In this document: piece after piece, positions 1 to 10,006 of the stretch | Layout of the letters: each line of letters starts with the position of its first letter | How positions within the stretch are numbered: position 1 is the first letter of the stretch | Assembly: GCA_012841375.1 (NCBI GenBank) | Contig: DUUV01000028.1 | Location: 66,602-130,601 of the forward strand | DNA: 64,000 bases | Source of the DNA: Candidatus Fermentithermobacillaceae bacterium | GTDB lineage: Bacteria; Bacillota; Sulfobacillia; Fermentithermobacillales; Fermentithermobacillaceae | Direction of reading: 5' to 3' | Notes under the pieces: generated by a model | The model's database searches: none | Seen by the model: only the letters and a program-made list of their open reading frames with translations | What the model was told of the DNA's origin: nothing | Translations under genes and position numbers: made by a program

Positions 1-342
1 ATCATGGCCCTTCTCTCAATCGCCGATGGGACATCGGTGATAACCGAGACGATTTTTGACTCAAGATTCAAACAGGCTGAAGAACTGGGCCGCATGGGCG
101 CCAAAATCCGCAGGGAAGGCAGAACTGCTATAATCAAAGGTGTGCCGGCCTTATCAGGCGCGATAGTTGAGGCAACCGATCTCCGGTCGGGCGCGTCTCT
201 TGTATTGGCAGGCCTCTCGGCCGAGGGAAGGACCATTGTGAGAGGTGTGCACAACATCGACCGGGGTTACGAACGGTTCGAGGAGAAACTGATGTCTCTC
301 GGCGCGTCAGTTAAGAGGGTTCCCGAAGACCGTCGTAGCTAG
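1..342 (+). CDS. murA: UDP-N-acetylglucosamine 1-carboxyvinyltransferase, C-terminal part (5' end lies outside the window)
   Basis: Translation ...[21 protein letters not shown] matches a MurA C-terminus, and it sits just upstream of the division genes as in Firmicute dcw clusters. Confidence 0.85.
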   Translation: MMALLSIADGTSVITETIFDSRFKQAEELGRMGAKIRREGRTAIIKGVPALSGAIVEATDLRSGASLVLAGLSAEGRTIVRGVHNIDRGYERFEEKLMSLGASVKRVPEDRRS

Positions 343-389
343 GTGCGGCGCCGGGGATCTCTGGCGGCACAAGGGGGAACCTGAGTCAG

Positions 390-1181
390 TTGTCTTCCAG
401 CCCGACACGTGTGAAGCGCGAGAGAAGGAGCGTCACCTTCGTCCTCCTATTATTGTTTTGCCTGTTTACCGGAGTGTTTTTCTTCCTCCGGTCTCCTTAT
501 TTTCACATAAGGGAGTTTCGCGTAGAGGGACTCGGCCGCGTGAGTCGCGAGGAAATCCTGGCAAGATGCGGCCAGGACTCACCCAGCATCTTCGCGTTTG
601 ACACGGAAAAGGCAGAGGACCTCATTGAACTCTGTCCCTGGATCCAAATGGCGGAGGTCTGGCGCGAGCTCCCGGGCACCGTGGCTGTGAGGGTGACTGA
701 ACGGACCCCGGTCGCCTTTATGCCTGTGGGAGATGACCTGTGGCTCATAGACGCTGAGGCCCGCGTGCTGGGCAAAGACGATGGGACTTGGACAGGCCTT
801 GTAGCCTTGACCGGTCCGGAGGTTTCTGCGACTCCCGGCCAGTTTCTGGACGCCGGGACTTATGGGTGGGGACTCAAGGCCCTTGCGACCATGGGCCCCG
901 TTGCCAGAGAAAAACTGACCGAAATCAGTATACAGGCAGGAGAAGCAAGCCTTATACTGGACGATGGATGTAGGGTGCTCCTGGGAAAGGACACAGGAGA
1001 CATCGCCAGGAAGGCGGCTGCCCTGGACTCGGTCCTTCGCGATCTACATGACGAGGGCAAGATCGCTGAGCGCATAGACTTGCGTTTCGAAAAGGTAGCC
1101 ATCAAACTTAGGCTTATTGAGCCGCTGGATCATGTGACCGGCGGCACTCTTACTAAAGACGATGACAGTGAAGCGAGGTGA
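390..1181 (+). CDS. divIB: Cell division protein DivIB/FtsQ
   Basis: N-terminal transmembrane segment followed by a POTRA-like region (FHIREFRVEGLGRVSREEIL); position between murA and ftsZ. Confidence 0.8.
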   Translation: MSSSPTRVKRERRSVTFVLLLLFCLFTGVFFFLRSPYFHIREFRVEGLGRVSREEILARCGQDSPSIFAFDTEKAEDLIELCPWIQMAEVWRELPGTVAVRVTERTPVAFMPVGDDLWLIDAEARVLGKDDGTWTGLVALTGPEVSATPGQFLDAGTYGWGLKALATMGPVAREKLTEISIQAGEASLILDDGCRVLLGKDTGDIARKAAALDSVLRDLHDEGKIAERIDLRFEKVAIKLRLIEPLDHVTGGTLTKDDDSEAR

Positions 1182-1185
1182 GGCT

Positions 1186-1896
1186 ATGAAGCGGGGATCC
1201 CATGTTGCGCTTACTCTCATATTTGCTTTATTCGGCCTTATGTTGGCGATGCAGTTCCGAGCGCGACCTACGGTCTCAGGTCCATTGCAGTACCAACGAT
1301 CCGAGGAGCTTTCCGTGCTTCTTAAAGTCACCGAAGAGGAACGGGACAAGCTCAGGGAGGAGGTCGCTCTTCTGAGAGATCAGCTGGGCGACGCCAAGTC
1401 AGTAGAGGACCAGGTAAGGCTTCTGCAGGAGGAACTTGCCAAAACCCAGGTTTTGGCAGGGATCTCCGAGGTGCGCGGGCCGGGCATATCCCTAACCCTT
1501 TCCGACTCCACGACTCCCAGCCAGCCCGGACAGGATCCGAATCTATTCGTGGTCCACGACAAAGACCTCCTGGAGGTCGTGAACGAGGTCTTTGCCGCAG
1601 GCGCTGAGGCCGTGAGCGTGAACGGACAGAGGATAGTTGCCACAACTGAGATCACTTGCGCCGGCAACGTCATAATGATCAACGGAGTGCGCCAGGCACC
1701 TCCTTTCAAGATCTTGGCCATAGGAGACCCCGCCACCCTTGAGGGCGGGCTGAAGATGAGGGGGGGCCTCATCGACAACCTGACCTTCTGGAAGCTGGAG
1801 GTCAAACTGACGACCGAGGAAGAGATCACGATCCCGGCATATGCGGGGCCCTTGTCGTTCAAGCACGCCAAGGCCGTAAAAAAGGAGGCCAAGTAA
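1186..1896 (+). CDS. DUF881 family protein (YlxW/YlxX-like)
   Basis: N-terminal TM segment plus coiled-coil, conserved order divIB-DUF881-sbp-ftsZ. RBS AGGTGAGG before ATG 1186; the 1162 start is a longer alternative. Confidence 0.7.
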   Translation: MKRGSHVALTLIFALFGLMLAMQFRARPTVSGPLQYQRSEELSVLLKVTEEERDKLREEVALLRDQLGDAKSVEDQVRLLQEELAKTQVLAGISEVRGPGISLTLSDSTTPSQPGQDPNLFVVHDKDLLEVVNEVFAAGAEAVSVNGQRIVATTEITCAGNVIMINGVRQAPPFKILAIGDPATLEGGLKMRGGLIDNLTFWKLEVKLTTEEEITIPAYAGPLSFKHAKAVKKEAK

Positions 1897-2265
1897 ATGT
1901 GGTATCTCTTAGCCGGTCTCTTGGCGGGCGTGCTGGTAGGGCTGAATCTGCCCTGGAAGGTTCCGGCCATACTGGCGCGCTATATGGCCGTAGGCATCTT
2001 GGCAGGTGTGGACACCTCACTGGGAGGACTCAGGGCCAGTCTTGAAGGCGAGTTCGACATCATGGTCTTTACCACCGGTTTTTTCGGCAACGTCATCCTC
2101 TCGGCGGGGTTTGTGTATGTAGGCGACATGCTTGGCATTGAGCTCTATCTGGCTGCGGTGGTGGCCCTTGGAGTAAGGGTGTTCAACAACATGGGAAGGA
2201 TAAGGCGTCATCTCTTAAGGAGCGCCACGAATAACGGGCAAGAATCGGCATCATCCGGCGAGTGA
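1897..2265 (+). CDS. sbp: Small basic protein Sbp (DUF1290)
   Basis: 122-aa hydrophobic protein with a GFFGNVILSAGFVYVGDMLG motif, located immediately upstream of ftsZ. Confidence 0.75.
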   Translation: MWYLLAGLLAGVLVGLNLPWKVPAILARYMAVGILAGVDTSLGGLRASLEGEFDIMVFTTGFFGNVILSAGFVYVGDMLGIELYLAAVVALGVRVFNNMGRIRRHLLRSATNNGQESASSGE

Positions 2266-2327
2266 GAAGGGGAAATCAGTGATTACGTGGAACCTATGCC
2301 AAAGCAGGGGAAGGTAGGTGGCTTTCT

Positions 2328-3389
2328 GTGGCAGGAGAAGAGCCGAGATACGCAAATTTGAAAGTGATTGGTGTTGGAGGCGGCGGGTCCAACGCAGTCA
2401 ACCGCATGGTTGAAGCGGGTATCAAGGGTGTTGATTTCATCGCGGTCAACACCGACGCTCAAGCTTTGAACCTTGCTCTCGCGCCAGTAAAATTGCAGAT
2501 AGGACAGGCTCTAACCAGGGGCTTGGGTGCCGGCGCCAACCCCGAAGTAGGTGAGAAGGCCGCCGAGGAATCACGCGAGGAGATCATGGAGACCCTGAAG
2601 GGTGCCGACATGGTGTTTATTACCGCCGGAATGGGCGGGGGCACCGGTACGGGCGGAGCGCCCGTCGTGGCCCAGTGCTCAAAGGAAGTAGGCGCCCTTA
2701 CGGTGGGAGTCGTCACAAAACCGTTCTCCTTTGAGGGCCGGAGGCGCATGAACGCCGCCCTGTCCGGAATCCAGAATCTCCAAGAGCACGTTGACACGTT
2801 GATCGTCATACCCAACGACCGCCTCCTTCAGGTGGTCCAGCGAGATACCTCCATACTCGAGGCCTTTCGCATCGCCGACGATGTCCTCCGGCACGGCGTT
2901 CAGGGCATCTCCGACCTTGTCATGGTTCCAGGCCTAATCAACCTCGACTTCGCCGACGTCCGCACCATCATGATGGATACCGGTTCCGCCCTCATGGGCA
3001 TCGGCGTGGCTCACGGCGAGGAACGGGCGGTTGAGGCTGCCAAACAGGCCATCTCCAGTCCTCTCTTGGAGACCGGCATTGAGGGAGCCAGGGGAGTGCT
3101 CATGAACATAACCGGCGGTCCGGACCTGGGTTTGTTTGAGGTTGATGCCGCCACAGAGATTGTCATGCAAGCCGCGGATCCCGATGCCAACATCATCTGG
3201 GGCGCAGTCATCAACAACGATTTTGAGGATACTGTCCAGGTTACGGTGATCGCCACCGGGTTTGACCGGGGAAGGGCAAGGAGCTTGACGCCGACCAGGC
3301 GGGAGCCGTTGCCGCCCATCGACGCTCCGGACCTTCTCGAGGTGCCTTTCTTCCTCCGGAAGCAGAAACCTGGCGAAAAGTCGAGATAG
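2328..3389 (+). CDS. ftsZ: Cell division GTPase FtsZ
   Basis: Tubulin signature [22 protein letters not shown] and NTDAQAL motifs; GTG start. Confidence 0.97.
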   Translation: MAGEEPRYANLKVIGVGGGGSNAVNRMVEAGIKGVDFIAVNTDAQALNLALAPVKLQIGQALTRGLGAGANPEVGEKAAEESREEIMETLKGADMVFITAGMGGGTGTGGAPVVAQCSKEVGALTVGVVTKPFSFEGRRRMNAALSGIQNLQEHVDTLIVIPNDRLLQVVQRDTSILEAFRIADDVLRHGVQGISDLVMVPGLINLDFADVRTIMMDTGSALMGIGVAHGEERAVEAAKQAISSPLLETGIEGARGVLMNITGGPDLGLFEVDAATEIVMQAADPDANIIWGAVINNDFEDTVQVTVIATGFDRGRARSLTPTRREPLPPIDAPDLLEVPFFLRKQKPGEKSR

Positions 3390-3507
3390 AATATCTGGAC
3401 CAAGATAGCAGGTACGGACAAGGTTCGCACCTCCTGGATTGTATGATCGCCCTGTAATAAAGAGGGCAAGTCCTGAATAGGCATGCCTTGCGGGGTGATC
3501 AGCCCGG

Positions 3508-4392
3508 ATGGTCAGGTACATCTATTGGGACGTTCTCTTCCTGACGAACTTCGCGGTGAACTACATTATCTTGGTTGCGGCCGGCAAGCTGTCGTCGAGG
3601 AGTATTGCTCATTGGCGATTGGCTCTCTCATCATTTCTCGGCTCGGCCTACGCCGTATCCGCTTTGGTCGTCCCCCTGAAAGCCGCGTACTCACTGCCTG
3701 CCCGAGTCGCCTTCGGCCTGTTCATGGTCGCCTTGTCATATCCGGGCGCCAGGAGCGCCGCGCTGGCCAGAGTTACTTTCTGCTTTTTCCTTTGCTCCGC
3801 CATCGCCGCAGGTACGGCTCTTGGCCTAGAGAGTGTCGGCCGGACGGTACCTGCCGCCTCTCTCTTCTCCGGTGAAGCGGTTGTCCATTGGTACGTTGTA
3901 GCGTTGTCGCTTGCCGTATTGGCCGGTCTGCCGGTCATTGCCAGGATGAACGGGTACTCCGCCCTAAAGCGGCTCCCCCTCATGACCATTGAGGTCAGCA
4001 TGGGCGGCAGGACGTTGGGGATAACTGGTCTTGTCGACACCGGCAACAACCTCCGGGACCCGGTTTCCGGGCTTCCGGTCATCGTCATCGACTGGGACGC
4101 CCTCCGGGGCATCATGCCCCCTGAGGTCTCCGCGTTTTTCATGTCCACTTGGGATGCCATCCCTGTCGTCTTGACCGAAACCAGCGTCGGGACCCGGCTA
4201 CGGTTGGTCCCGTATGAGAGCCTGTCGGGCAAGAAAGGCGTCCTGCCCGGATTCCGCCCCGACCGTCTGGCCCTGGTGGGCAAGAACGGTCTCCGGGTGT
4301 TCAAGAACGCGATCGTGTGCGCTTCCGGAGAGCGCCTCAGCCCAAGCGGCCTTTACCAGGCTCTCTTGCACCCGGATCTCATCAATCCCTGA
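3508..4392 (+). CDS. spoIIGA: Sigma-E processing peptidase SpoIIGA
   Basis: Polytopic membrane N-terminus ([22 protein letters not shown]), a DTGN aspartic-protease motif ([11 protein letters not shown]), and it is directly upstream of sigE. Confidence 0.85.
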   Translation: MVRYIYWDVLFLTNFAVNYIILVAAGKLSSRSIAHWRLALSSFLGSAYAVSALVVPLKAAYSLPARVAFGLFMVALSYPGARSAALARVTFCFFLCSAIAAGTALGLESVGRTVPAASLFSGEAVVHWYVVALSLAVLAGLPVIARMNGYSALKRLPLMTIEVSMGGRTLGITGLVDTGNNLRDPVSGLPVIVIDWDALRGIMPPEVSAFFMSTWDAIPVVLTETSVGTRLRLVPYESLSGKKGVLPGFRPDRLALVGKNGLRVFKNAIVCASGERLSPSGLYQALLHPDLINP

Positions 4393-4423
4393 CTGGCAGA
4401 AAGTTTTGAGGAGGTGCCCGCCC

Positions 4424-5146
4424 ATGTCGCTTTCATCGGTTTGGACTCGCTTGGTGCGCGAGATAAACGTCTTGCTCCGGGCTTTGGGCGTAGGAGGCAG
4501 GATCGACTACGTAGGAGGAGCGGAGGCTTTACCGCCCCCTCTTACCCAAGAAGAAGAAGGCATGCTTCTCATGAGGCTCCGTGGGGGAGACGTGGACGTC
4601 AGGTCTACCCTAATAGAGCGCAACCTGAGGTTGGTTGTCTACATCGCGAAGAAATTCGAAAACACGGGCATCCCGGTGGACGATCTTGTGTCCATAGGAT
4701 CGGTGGGCCTCATCAAGGCAGTCTCGACTTTTGACATAGACAAGAAGATCAAACTGGCGACTTACGCTTCGAAATGTATCGAAAATGAGATCCTCATGTA
4801 CCTCCGGAGGACCATGCGGGTGAAGTCCGAGGTCTCCTTCGATGAGCCCCTGAATGTGGACGGTGAAGGAAACGAGCTCTGTCTTTCAGACGTGAAAGGC
4901 ACGCCCGACGACCTCATCTACGGCGATCTGGAGAAAGAGGACGACCGTCAGGCTCTGCGTACGGTCCTAGGCCGGCTGCCGTGGAGGGAGCGGACCATCG
5001 TGGACCTCCGGTTTGGACTCAAGGATGGCGTGGAGCGGACGCAAAAACAGGTCGCCGATATGCTGGGCATCTCTCAGTCATATATCTCGAGACTGGAGAA
5101 GAAGATAATGCAGAGGTTGCACAAGGAGATCATCACCTTCCAGTAA
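4424..5146 (+). CDS. sigE: Pro-sigma-E (SpoIIGB)
   Basis: Pro-sequence followed by [21 protein letters not shown]...[20 protein letters not shown], almost identical in pattern to B. subtilis SigE. RBS GAGGAGGTG 8 nt before ATG 4424; the ORF-track extension from 4214 into spoIIGA is rejected. Confidence 0.9.
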   Translation: MSLSSVWTRLVREINVLLRALGVGGRIDYVGGAEALPPPLTQEEEGMLLMRLRGGDVDVRSTLIERNLRLVVYIAKKFENTGIPVDDLVSIGSVGLIKAVSTFDIDKKIKLATYASKCIENEILMYLRRTMRVKSEVSFDEPLNVDGEGNELCLSDVKGTPDDLIYGDLEKEDDRQALRTVLGRLPWRERTIVDLRFGLKDGVERTQKQVADMLGISQSYISRLEKKIMQRLHKEIITFQ

Positions 5147-5231
5147 GCTCCTGTATAACCCCCGGTTCGAATGTCAATACTCAATATGATTCGCTAAATT
5201 ATGGAAAACCCGACCGGGGGGACTACCGCAC

Positions 5232-6011
5232 TTGAATAAGGTCGAGATCTGCGGCGTCAACACTAGCCGGTTGCCGGTCTTGTCCGGCGCCAAGATGAAA
5301 GAACTTTTTCTCGCCATGCAAGCCGGAGACACCACTGCCCGCGAGAAACTGGTCAACGGGAATCTACGACTTGTCCTATCAGTAATCCAGCGTTTCACCA
5401 ACAGAGGCGAGTACGTTGACGACCTCTTCCAGGTCGGGTGCATTGGCCTCATGAAGGCCATCGACAATTTCGACCTCGGACAGAACGTGAAGTTCTCCAC
5501 CTATGCGGTGCCGATGATAATCGGCGAGATCCGCAGGTACCTTAGGGACAACAATCCCATCCGCGTATCCAGGTCCTTAAGGGATGTTGCCTACAAAGCC
5601 CTTCAAGTACGCGACACGTTGATCTCCCGCCTGGGCAGAGAGCCTTCCGTGAAGGAAGTCTCCAAAGAGCTCAACACTCCCGAAGAAGAGGTCGTATACG
5701 CCCTCGACGCCATCCAAGAGCCGATCAGCCTGTTTGAGCCGGTCTATCACGACGGCGGCGATCCCATCTTCGTGATGGACCAGGTCAAGGATGAAAAGGG
5801 TGAGGACAGCTCCTGGGAACAGGAACTTACCATAAGCGAGGCCATGTCGAAATTATCCGACCGTGAGCAGGCAATAATAAGAATGAGGTTTTTTGAGGGA
5901 AAGACACAAATGGAGGTTGCGCAGGAAATCGGCATATCACAGGCCCAGGTGTCGCGTCTCGAAAAGGCCGCCTTGCGCCACATGAGAAAAGATATGCTGG
6001 TAGAAGCCTGA
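5232..6011 (+). CDS. sigG: Forespore sigma factor SigG
   Basis: MNKVEICGVNTSRLPVL N-terminus as in B. subtilis SigG (MSRNKVEICGVDTSKLPVL), sigma-70 regions 2-4, directly after sigE; TTG start. Confidence 0.85.
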   Translation: MNKVEICGVNTSRLPVLSGAKMKELFLAMQAGDTTAREKLVNGNLRLVLSVIQRFTNRGEYVDDLFQVGCIGLMKAIDNFDLGQNVKFSTYAVPMIIGEIRRYLRDNNPIRVSRSLRDVAYKALQVRDTLISRLGREPSVKEVSKELNTPEEEVVYALDAIQEPISLFEPVYHDGGDPIFVMDQVKDEKGEDSSWEQELTISEAMSKLSDREQAIIRMRFFEGKTQMEVAQEIGISQAQVSRLEKAALRHMRKDMLVEA

Positions 6012-6020
6012 AAAAGGGGG

Positions 6021-6863
6021 GTGGCACGTATCAAACGACGGAGAAAGGGAAACCCATTTGGCCAGGCGCTCTTATTGGCGGTGACCGCAGGACTCATCTT
6101 GTTCATGGGGTGGGGCTATTCGCAAGCCCACCGGGCCGAGAGGGCCTATACCGACAACAACTTGCTGAGACTCCGGGACGATGAGGCCATTCCCGCCAAT
6201 ACGGGCGCGTCCCTGACGCCGGCCAATACGATCCGCCTGCACATCCCGGCCAACTCCGATGAGGCCAGCGACCAGCGCGTGAAAGAGGAAGTCCGGGATG
6301 CCGTAATCGAACGTTTCGGGGCCCAACTTGCAGGCGCAGTTGACGCAGACGAGGCTGAAGAGCGTCTCCGCCGGCATCTCCCGGAAATCGAGGCGTTGGC
6401 CAATGAGTGCCTAAAACTCGAAGGCGTATCCTACGGCGCCAGGGCATATCTCAAGACCGTCTACTTCCCGGAAAAGACCTATGAGCTGTCGACGGGACAG
6501 TCGGTGCACCTTCCAGAGGGGAACTATAAGGCACTGCAAGTGGTCTTGGGCAGTGGCAAGGGCACCAATTGGTGGTGTGTGATGTACCCGCCACTGTGTT
6601 ACTTCGACTTGGTGCAGAGGGGAGTCGTGCCGGGCGTCCCGGTTTCCGGCAGGTGGACGGACCCGGAAGGGGCAGGTCCAATCCAAACCGGGAACGGCGA
6701 AGGTGTGATCTTCATCGACGAGAGTATGACGGAAGACGTGAAGATCGAAGTGCGTTCGCTCCTCTTGGATGCCATCCGGGCCGGTATCGTCCGGATCGGA
6801 AAGGCCCTTTCGGTCCTGGCCCAGGCCGCGCCGGGCAAAGCAGTTGTCGGCAACACGGAGTGA
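6021..6863 (+). CDS. spoIIR: Stage II sporulation protein R (SpoIIR)
   Basis: IRLHIPANSDEASDQRVKEEVRDAV and NWWCVMYPPLC motifs typical of SpoIIR; TM anchor at N-terminus. Confidence 0.75.
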   Translation: MARIKRRRKGNPFGQALLLAVTAGLILFMGWGYSQAHRAERAYTDNNLLRLRDDEAIPANTGASLTPANTIRLHIPANSDEASDQRVKEEVRDAVIERFGAQLAGAVDADEAEERLRRHLPEIEALANECLKLEGVSYGARAYLKTVYFPEKTYELSTGQSVHLPEGNYKALQVVLGSGKGTNWWCVMYPPLCYFDLVQRGVVPGVPVSGRWTDPEGAGPIQTGNGEGVIFIDESMTEDVKIEVRSLLLDAIRAGIVRIGKALSVLAQAAPGKAVVGNTE

Positions 6864-6930
6864 CGGGCGGCCGATCGCTACACCCTTCACCTGTGATTAC
6901 CGTGACTTACGGACCGCCCCCGGCAATATA

Positions 6931-7206
6931 ATGCTTGGGGGTGGTCTTGTGATCCGCGCCTCTGACTTGGCTACGCGAGATGTCGTGAATACCGTTGACG
7001 GCCGCCGGCTGGGCAATATCGTGGACGTTGAGTTGGACCTCGCCAGCGGCAGGATTCGAGCTGTCGTTGTTCCCGGCCAGCCCAAAATGCTTGGGGTCTT
7101 CGGCCGGTCCGACGACTATGTGGTGCCTTGGGAGAATATCAAGAAGATCGGGGAAGACGTGATACTTGTGGAGATCTCCGATCGCTACCTCAGGCGGACA
7201 CGCTAG
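6931..7206 (+). CDS. ymxH: YlmC/YmxH PRC-barrel sporulation protein
   Basis: 92-aa PRC-barrel pattern (RASDLATRDVVNTVDGRRLGNIVDVELDLASGRIRAVVVP); conserved position after the spoIIG/sigG locus. Confidence 0.7.
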   Translation: MLGGGLVIRASDLATRDVVNTVDGRRLGNIVDVELDLASGRIRAVVVPGQPKMLGVFGRSDDYVVPWENIKKIGEDVILVEISDRYLRRTR

Positions 7207-7309
7207 ACTTCCCGGCGCCACGCTTTGCCTTGACTTTGGAAGAGCGACTACAATACTCTTTTGGTGGATAAAGAGCGAAATAAGCCCACTTTTCCAGGAG
7301 AAAGAGACT

Positions 7310-8572
7310 TTGACGAGACGCTATCGCTCCAAGGCAAAGCTCAGGTCATATGCGCGCAGGATAACCTTCCTCGCCATACTCCTGTCCATAGTGTTGTTGC
7401 TCACTTGGCCTTACCTGCGCTCCGCTTTCCTTCGCGCGACCATCTCCATCGGACGCGGGACATTGGGGTCTTTGGAGGAGAGGATCGGCGGTGAGGCAGT
7501 CTTCGCCGGAGGGGTTTCTCTGGTAACATCGCCGGCTCCGGGCACTCTCAGGCTGTTGGTGAAAGACGGGGAGTCGGTAAGGACGGGACAAGTCATCGCC
7601 GAAGTCGGGAAAGTCGGAGCAAAAGAGGCTTTTGACGATAGCCTCCGGTTCGCCAAGAGCCGATTGGCTTCATATGAAACCGAGACCCGAGAAGAATTTG
7701 AGAGGCTCTCGGCGTCAGTCGAGAGCTCCTATGCTGAGGCAGTTGGCCTTCTCTTTATGTCACAGGACGCAGCCGCCAAAGGGGCAGTGACGCTGTCACG
7801 AGAGTATGAGACCCGTTTGGAGAACGAGGAGAAGAGGCTCAGGCATGACGCCGACCGCCTGGCTCAGATCGAAGGAGAGAGGGCTCGTCTCGCCGCAAAC
7901 GTGGCCGCCATCGAGGCCGCTCAGGCGTCTTCAGTTGTCAGCGTCATTTCGCCGGCTTCAGGTGTCTTTTCCACAGAGGTTACGTCAATCGAGGCTAAGT
8001 TCTCCAAAGACGCGATCGCCGGAAAGAACGCGGCCGAAATCGCCATACTCGCGAGAGAAGCCAGGGAGGCCCAGTCGGGGTCGATCAAAGATGGCCAATC
8101 GGTACAGGTAGGCGACATACTGGGCAGGATCATATCGGGTCACGCCGTCTCTTTCTACCTTCCCATCAAGACAGAGGACAAGCCAGACGTCAAGAAAGGC
8201 GGCACGGTTGAGCTGGCGCTCCTTAGCGGCGCCTCGGTGCAGGCAAGGATAGCCGATGTCGTCGACGGCAAGCCCCCGGGATATTCCATCATTGTAGGCG
8301 ATATATCCGTCATGCCCGTTCAGTCGGTGACGAAGGCTGGGCAGATAGGCATCATAGTGAAGACACAGTCGGGTGTGGTGATCCCCAGGTCGGCGCTCAT
8401 AGATCGTGACGGGCGCCAAGGGGTGCTCTTGGTGCAGAAGACATACGCGCGGTTCCGGGAAGTTCAGGTACTCATGGTCAAAGGTGACCAAGCAGTGGTG
8501 AAAGGCATCGAGGAAACGGACGAAATCTTGCTTCGAGCATGGGGATTCCTGGAGGGCAGACGGGTGAGATGA
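7310..8572 (+). CDS. HlyD/membrane-fusion-protein family adaptor-like protein (start uncertain)
   Basis: TM anchor, biotin-lipoyl-like hairpin (VTSPAPGTLRLLVKDGESVRTGQVIAEV), long coiled coil and a C-terminal beta-barrel. Candidate TTG start at 7310 after GGAGAAAGAG; no cognate transporter gene is adjacent. Confidence 0.55.
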   Translation: MTRRYRSKAKLRSYARRITFLAILLSIVLLLTWPYLRSAFLRATISIGRGTLGSLEERIGGEAVFAGGVSLVTSPAPGTLRLLVKDGESVRTGQVIAEVGKVGAKEAFDDSLRFAKSRLASYETETREEFERLSASVESSYAEAVGLLFMSQDAAAKGAVTLSREYETRLENEEKRLRHDADRLAQIEGERARLAANVAAIEAAQASSVVSVISPASGVFSTEVTSIEAKFSKDAIAGKNAAEIAILAREAREAQSGSIKDGQSVQVGDILGRIISGHAVSFYLPIKTEDKPDVKKGGTVELALLSGASVQARIADVVDGKPPGYSIIVGDISVMPVQSVTKAGQIGIIVKTQSGVVIPRSALIDRDGRQGVLLVQKTYARFREVQVLMVKGDQAVVKGIEETDEILLRAWGFLEGRRVR

Positions 8573-9279
8573 TTAGTACCAATTTGGCAACGGTAGTGGC
8601 AAAGATAAGGAAGTCGTGCGAGCGAACCGGGCGAAACCCCGGTGAAGTGAGAATAATGGCAGTGACTAAATCAGTGCCGGTTTCCGCGATCTTGGAGGCG
8701 AAAGACGCCGGCCTGGTTCTTTTCGGTGAGAACCGGGCCCAGGAGGCCAGACAGAAAGTGTCTGAAGGCGTCTTCAAGAGCGCGTCCATCTGCATGATCG
8801 GGCATCTCCAGACCAACAAGGCATCCTTGGCTGTACGCACCTTCGATGAAGTCCATTCCATCGACTCGGTACGGATCGCCGATGCCGTGGCGAGATACGC
8901 TTCCCGGTACCGGCAAGACCCGCTTCCGGTGCTCATGGAAGTCAACGCCGGACGCGACCCTGCCAAATACGGAGTGGCGCCGGAGGAAGCCTTTGCCCTG
9001 GCGAGACACATCACCTCGCTGCCCACGCTGCGCCTCAAGGGCATGATGACGGTGGCTCCCATTGGGGGAGGGCCCGAAAAAGCGCGGGAGTGCTTCCGGA
9101 CGCTCAGGGCCTTGCGGGACGAAATGGTCCGGTTAGGGATAGACCCCGGCTGTATGAAAGAGCTTTCCATGGGGATGTCGGGAGATTTCGACATCGCCGT
9201 AGAAGAGGGAGCGACCATCGTCCGTCTCGGAACGAGCCTTTTCGGGCCGAGACCATCATTATTCGGCCAAACACCGTGA
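8569..9279 (+). CDS. ylmE: YggS/YlmE family PLP homeostasis protein
   Basis: AVTKSVPVSAILEAKDAGLVLFGENRAQEA...IGHLQTNK motifs; ATGA overlap with the upstream gene. Confidence 0.85.
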   Translation: MISTNLATVVAKIRKSCERTGRNPGEVRIMAVTKSVPVSAILEAKDAGLVLFGENRAQEARQKVSEGVFKSASICMIGHLQTNKASLAVRTFDEVHSIDSVRIADAVARYASRYRQDPLPVLMEVNAGRDPAKYGVAPEEAFALARHITSLPTLRLKGMMTVAPIGGGPEKARECFRTLRALRDEMVRLGIDPGCMKELSMGMSGDFDIAVEEGATIVRLGTSLFGPRPSLFGQTP

Positions 9280-9351
9280 AGAAGAAGGTACAGCCTCGGG
9301 TCTTGTTGAACGTAAGACCGGGAGATGACTGAAGCCCGAGGAGGGTCCGGT

Positions 9352-9870
9352 ATGGCTCTTACAGACGACTCCAAACCCTTCGATGTCGACATCCGCAGGC
9401 TTTCGCCGCTGGATATTCACAATAAGGAGTTCTCCAAGTCTTTCAGAGGGTACAGCGAGAACGAGGTTGATGAGTTTCTTGACCTTGTTGTCGCCGAGTT
9501 TGAGAGGCTCATCAGGTCGGAAGAGGAACTCCGGTCGGAGCTCTCCGGTCTGGAATCGCGGATAGAGCACTATCGCGGGCTGGAAGAAACCTTGAAAAAC
9601 GCGCTGGTTCTCGCACAGAAGACAGCCGACGAAATAAAGGAAGCTGCGCTCAGAGAAGCGGACGCCATCAAACGACAGGCCATCCTGGATGCCGACAGGA
9701 CACGGGATGAGGCCAACGAGATGCTCAAGAAGACCCATGAGGAGATAGACAAGGCGCGCCAGACCCTCCTTCGATTCAAGGCCGAGTTCAGGTCGTTCTT
9801 GGACTCGACAATGGAGATGCTGGAATCCGGGACCTCAGGTATCCTGGATCGCCTGAACCGCAGGGATTAG
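9352..9870 (+). CDS. divIVA: Cell division protein DivIVA
   Basis: LSPLDIHNKEFSKSFRGYSENEVDEFLD N-terminus and coiled-coil, matching the B. subtilis DivIVA pattern. Confidence 0.85.
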   Translation: MALTDDSKPFDVDIRRLSPLDIHNKEFSKSFRGYSENEVDEFLDLVVAEFERLIRSEEELRSELSGLESRIEHYRGLEETLKNALVLAQKTADEIKEAALREADAIKRQAILDADRTRDEANEMLKKTHEEIDKARQTLLRFKAEFRSFLDSTMEMLESGTSGILDRLNRRD

Positions 9871-10006
9871 CCGGTAGGTCGTCCCCATAGTCCTTGCCAC
9901 GCGCGACTCAAGAGCTTGAGGCGATTACCCGGACATGCTTAAGTTAAGAGTGATGGTCTTATTACGATTATGTTCTGATTACCTGTCGCGAAGGGGCGGT
10001 TGACAT

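Noticed and set aside
3390-3507. Looked for Spo0A boxes (TGNCGAA) upstream of spoIIGA.
   Set aside because: The only match, TGACGAA at about 3542, lies inside the coding sequence; the intergenic region has no clean box.
4214-4423. N-terminal extension of the sigE ORF overlapping spoIIGA by about 180 nt.
   Set aside because: A GAGGAGGTG RBS plus ATG at 4424 gives a 240-aa pro-sigma-E whose N-terminus aligns with B. subtilis SigE; the extension is an ORF-calling artefact.
5160-5175. GGTTCGAAT, a tRNA T-arm-like string in the sigE-sigG gap.
   Set aside because: No acceptor stem, D-arm or anticodon arm can be built around it; it is not a tRNA.
5147-5231. Looked for a sigma-F/sigma-G-type promoter (GTATA-N15-GGnnAnAHTR, or GHATR-N18-CATnnTA) in the sigE-sigG gap.
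   Set aside because: A GTATA is present at about 5153, but no acceptable -10 follows at the right spacing; not reported as a feature.
9909-9922. CTCAAGagCTTGAG mini-palindrome after divIVA as a terminator.
   Set aside because: 6-bp stem, 2-nt loop and no U-tract; too weak to call.
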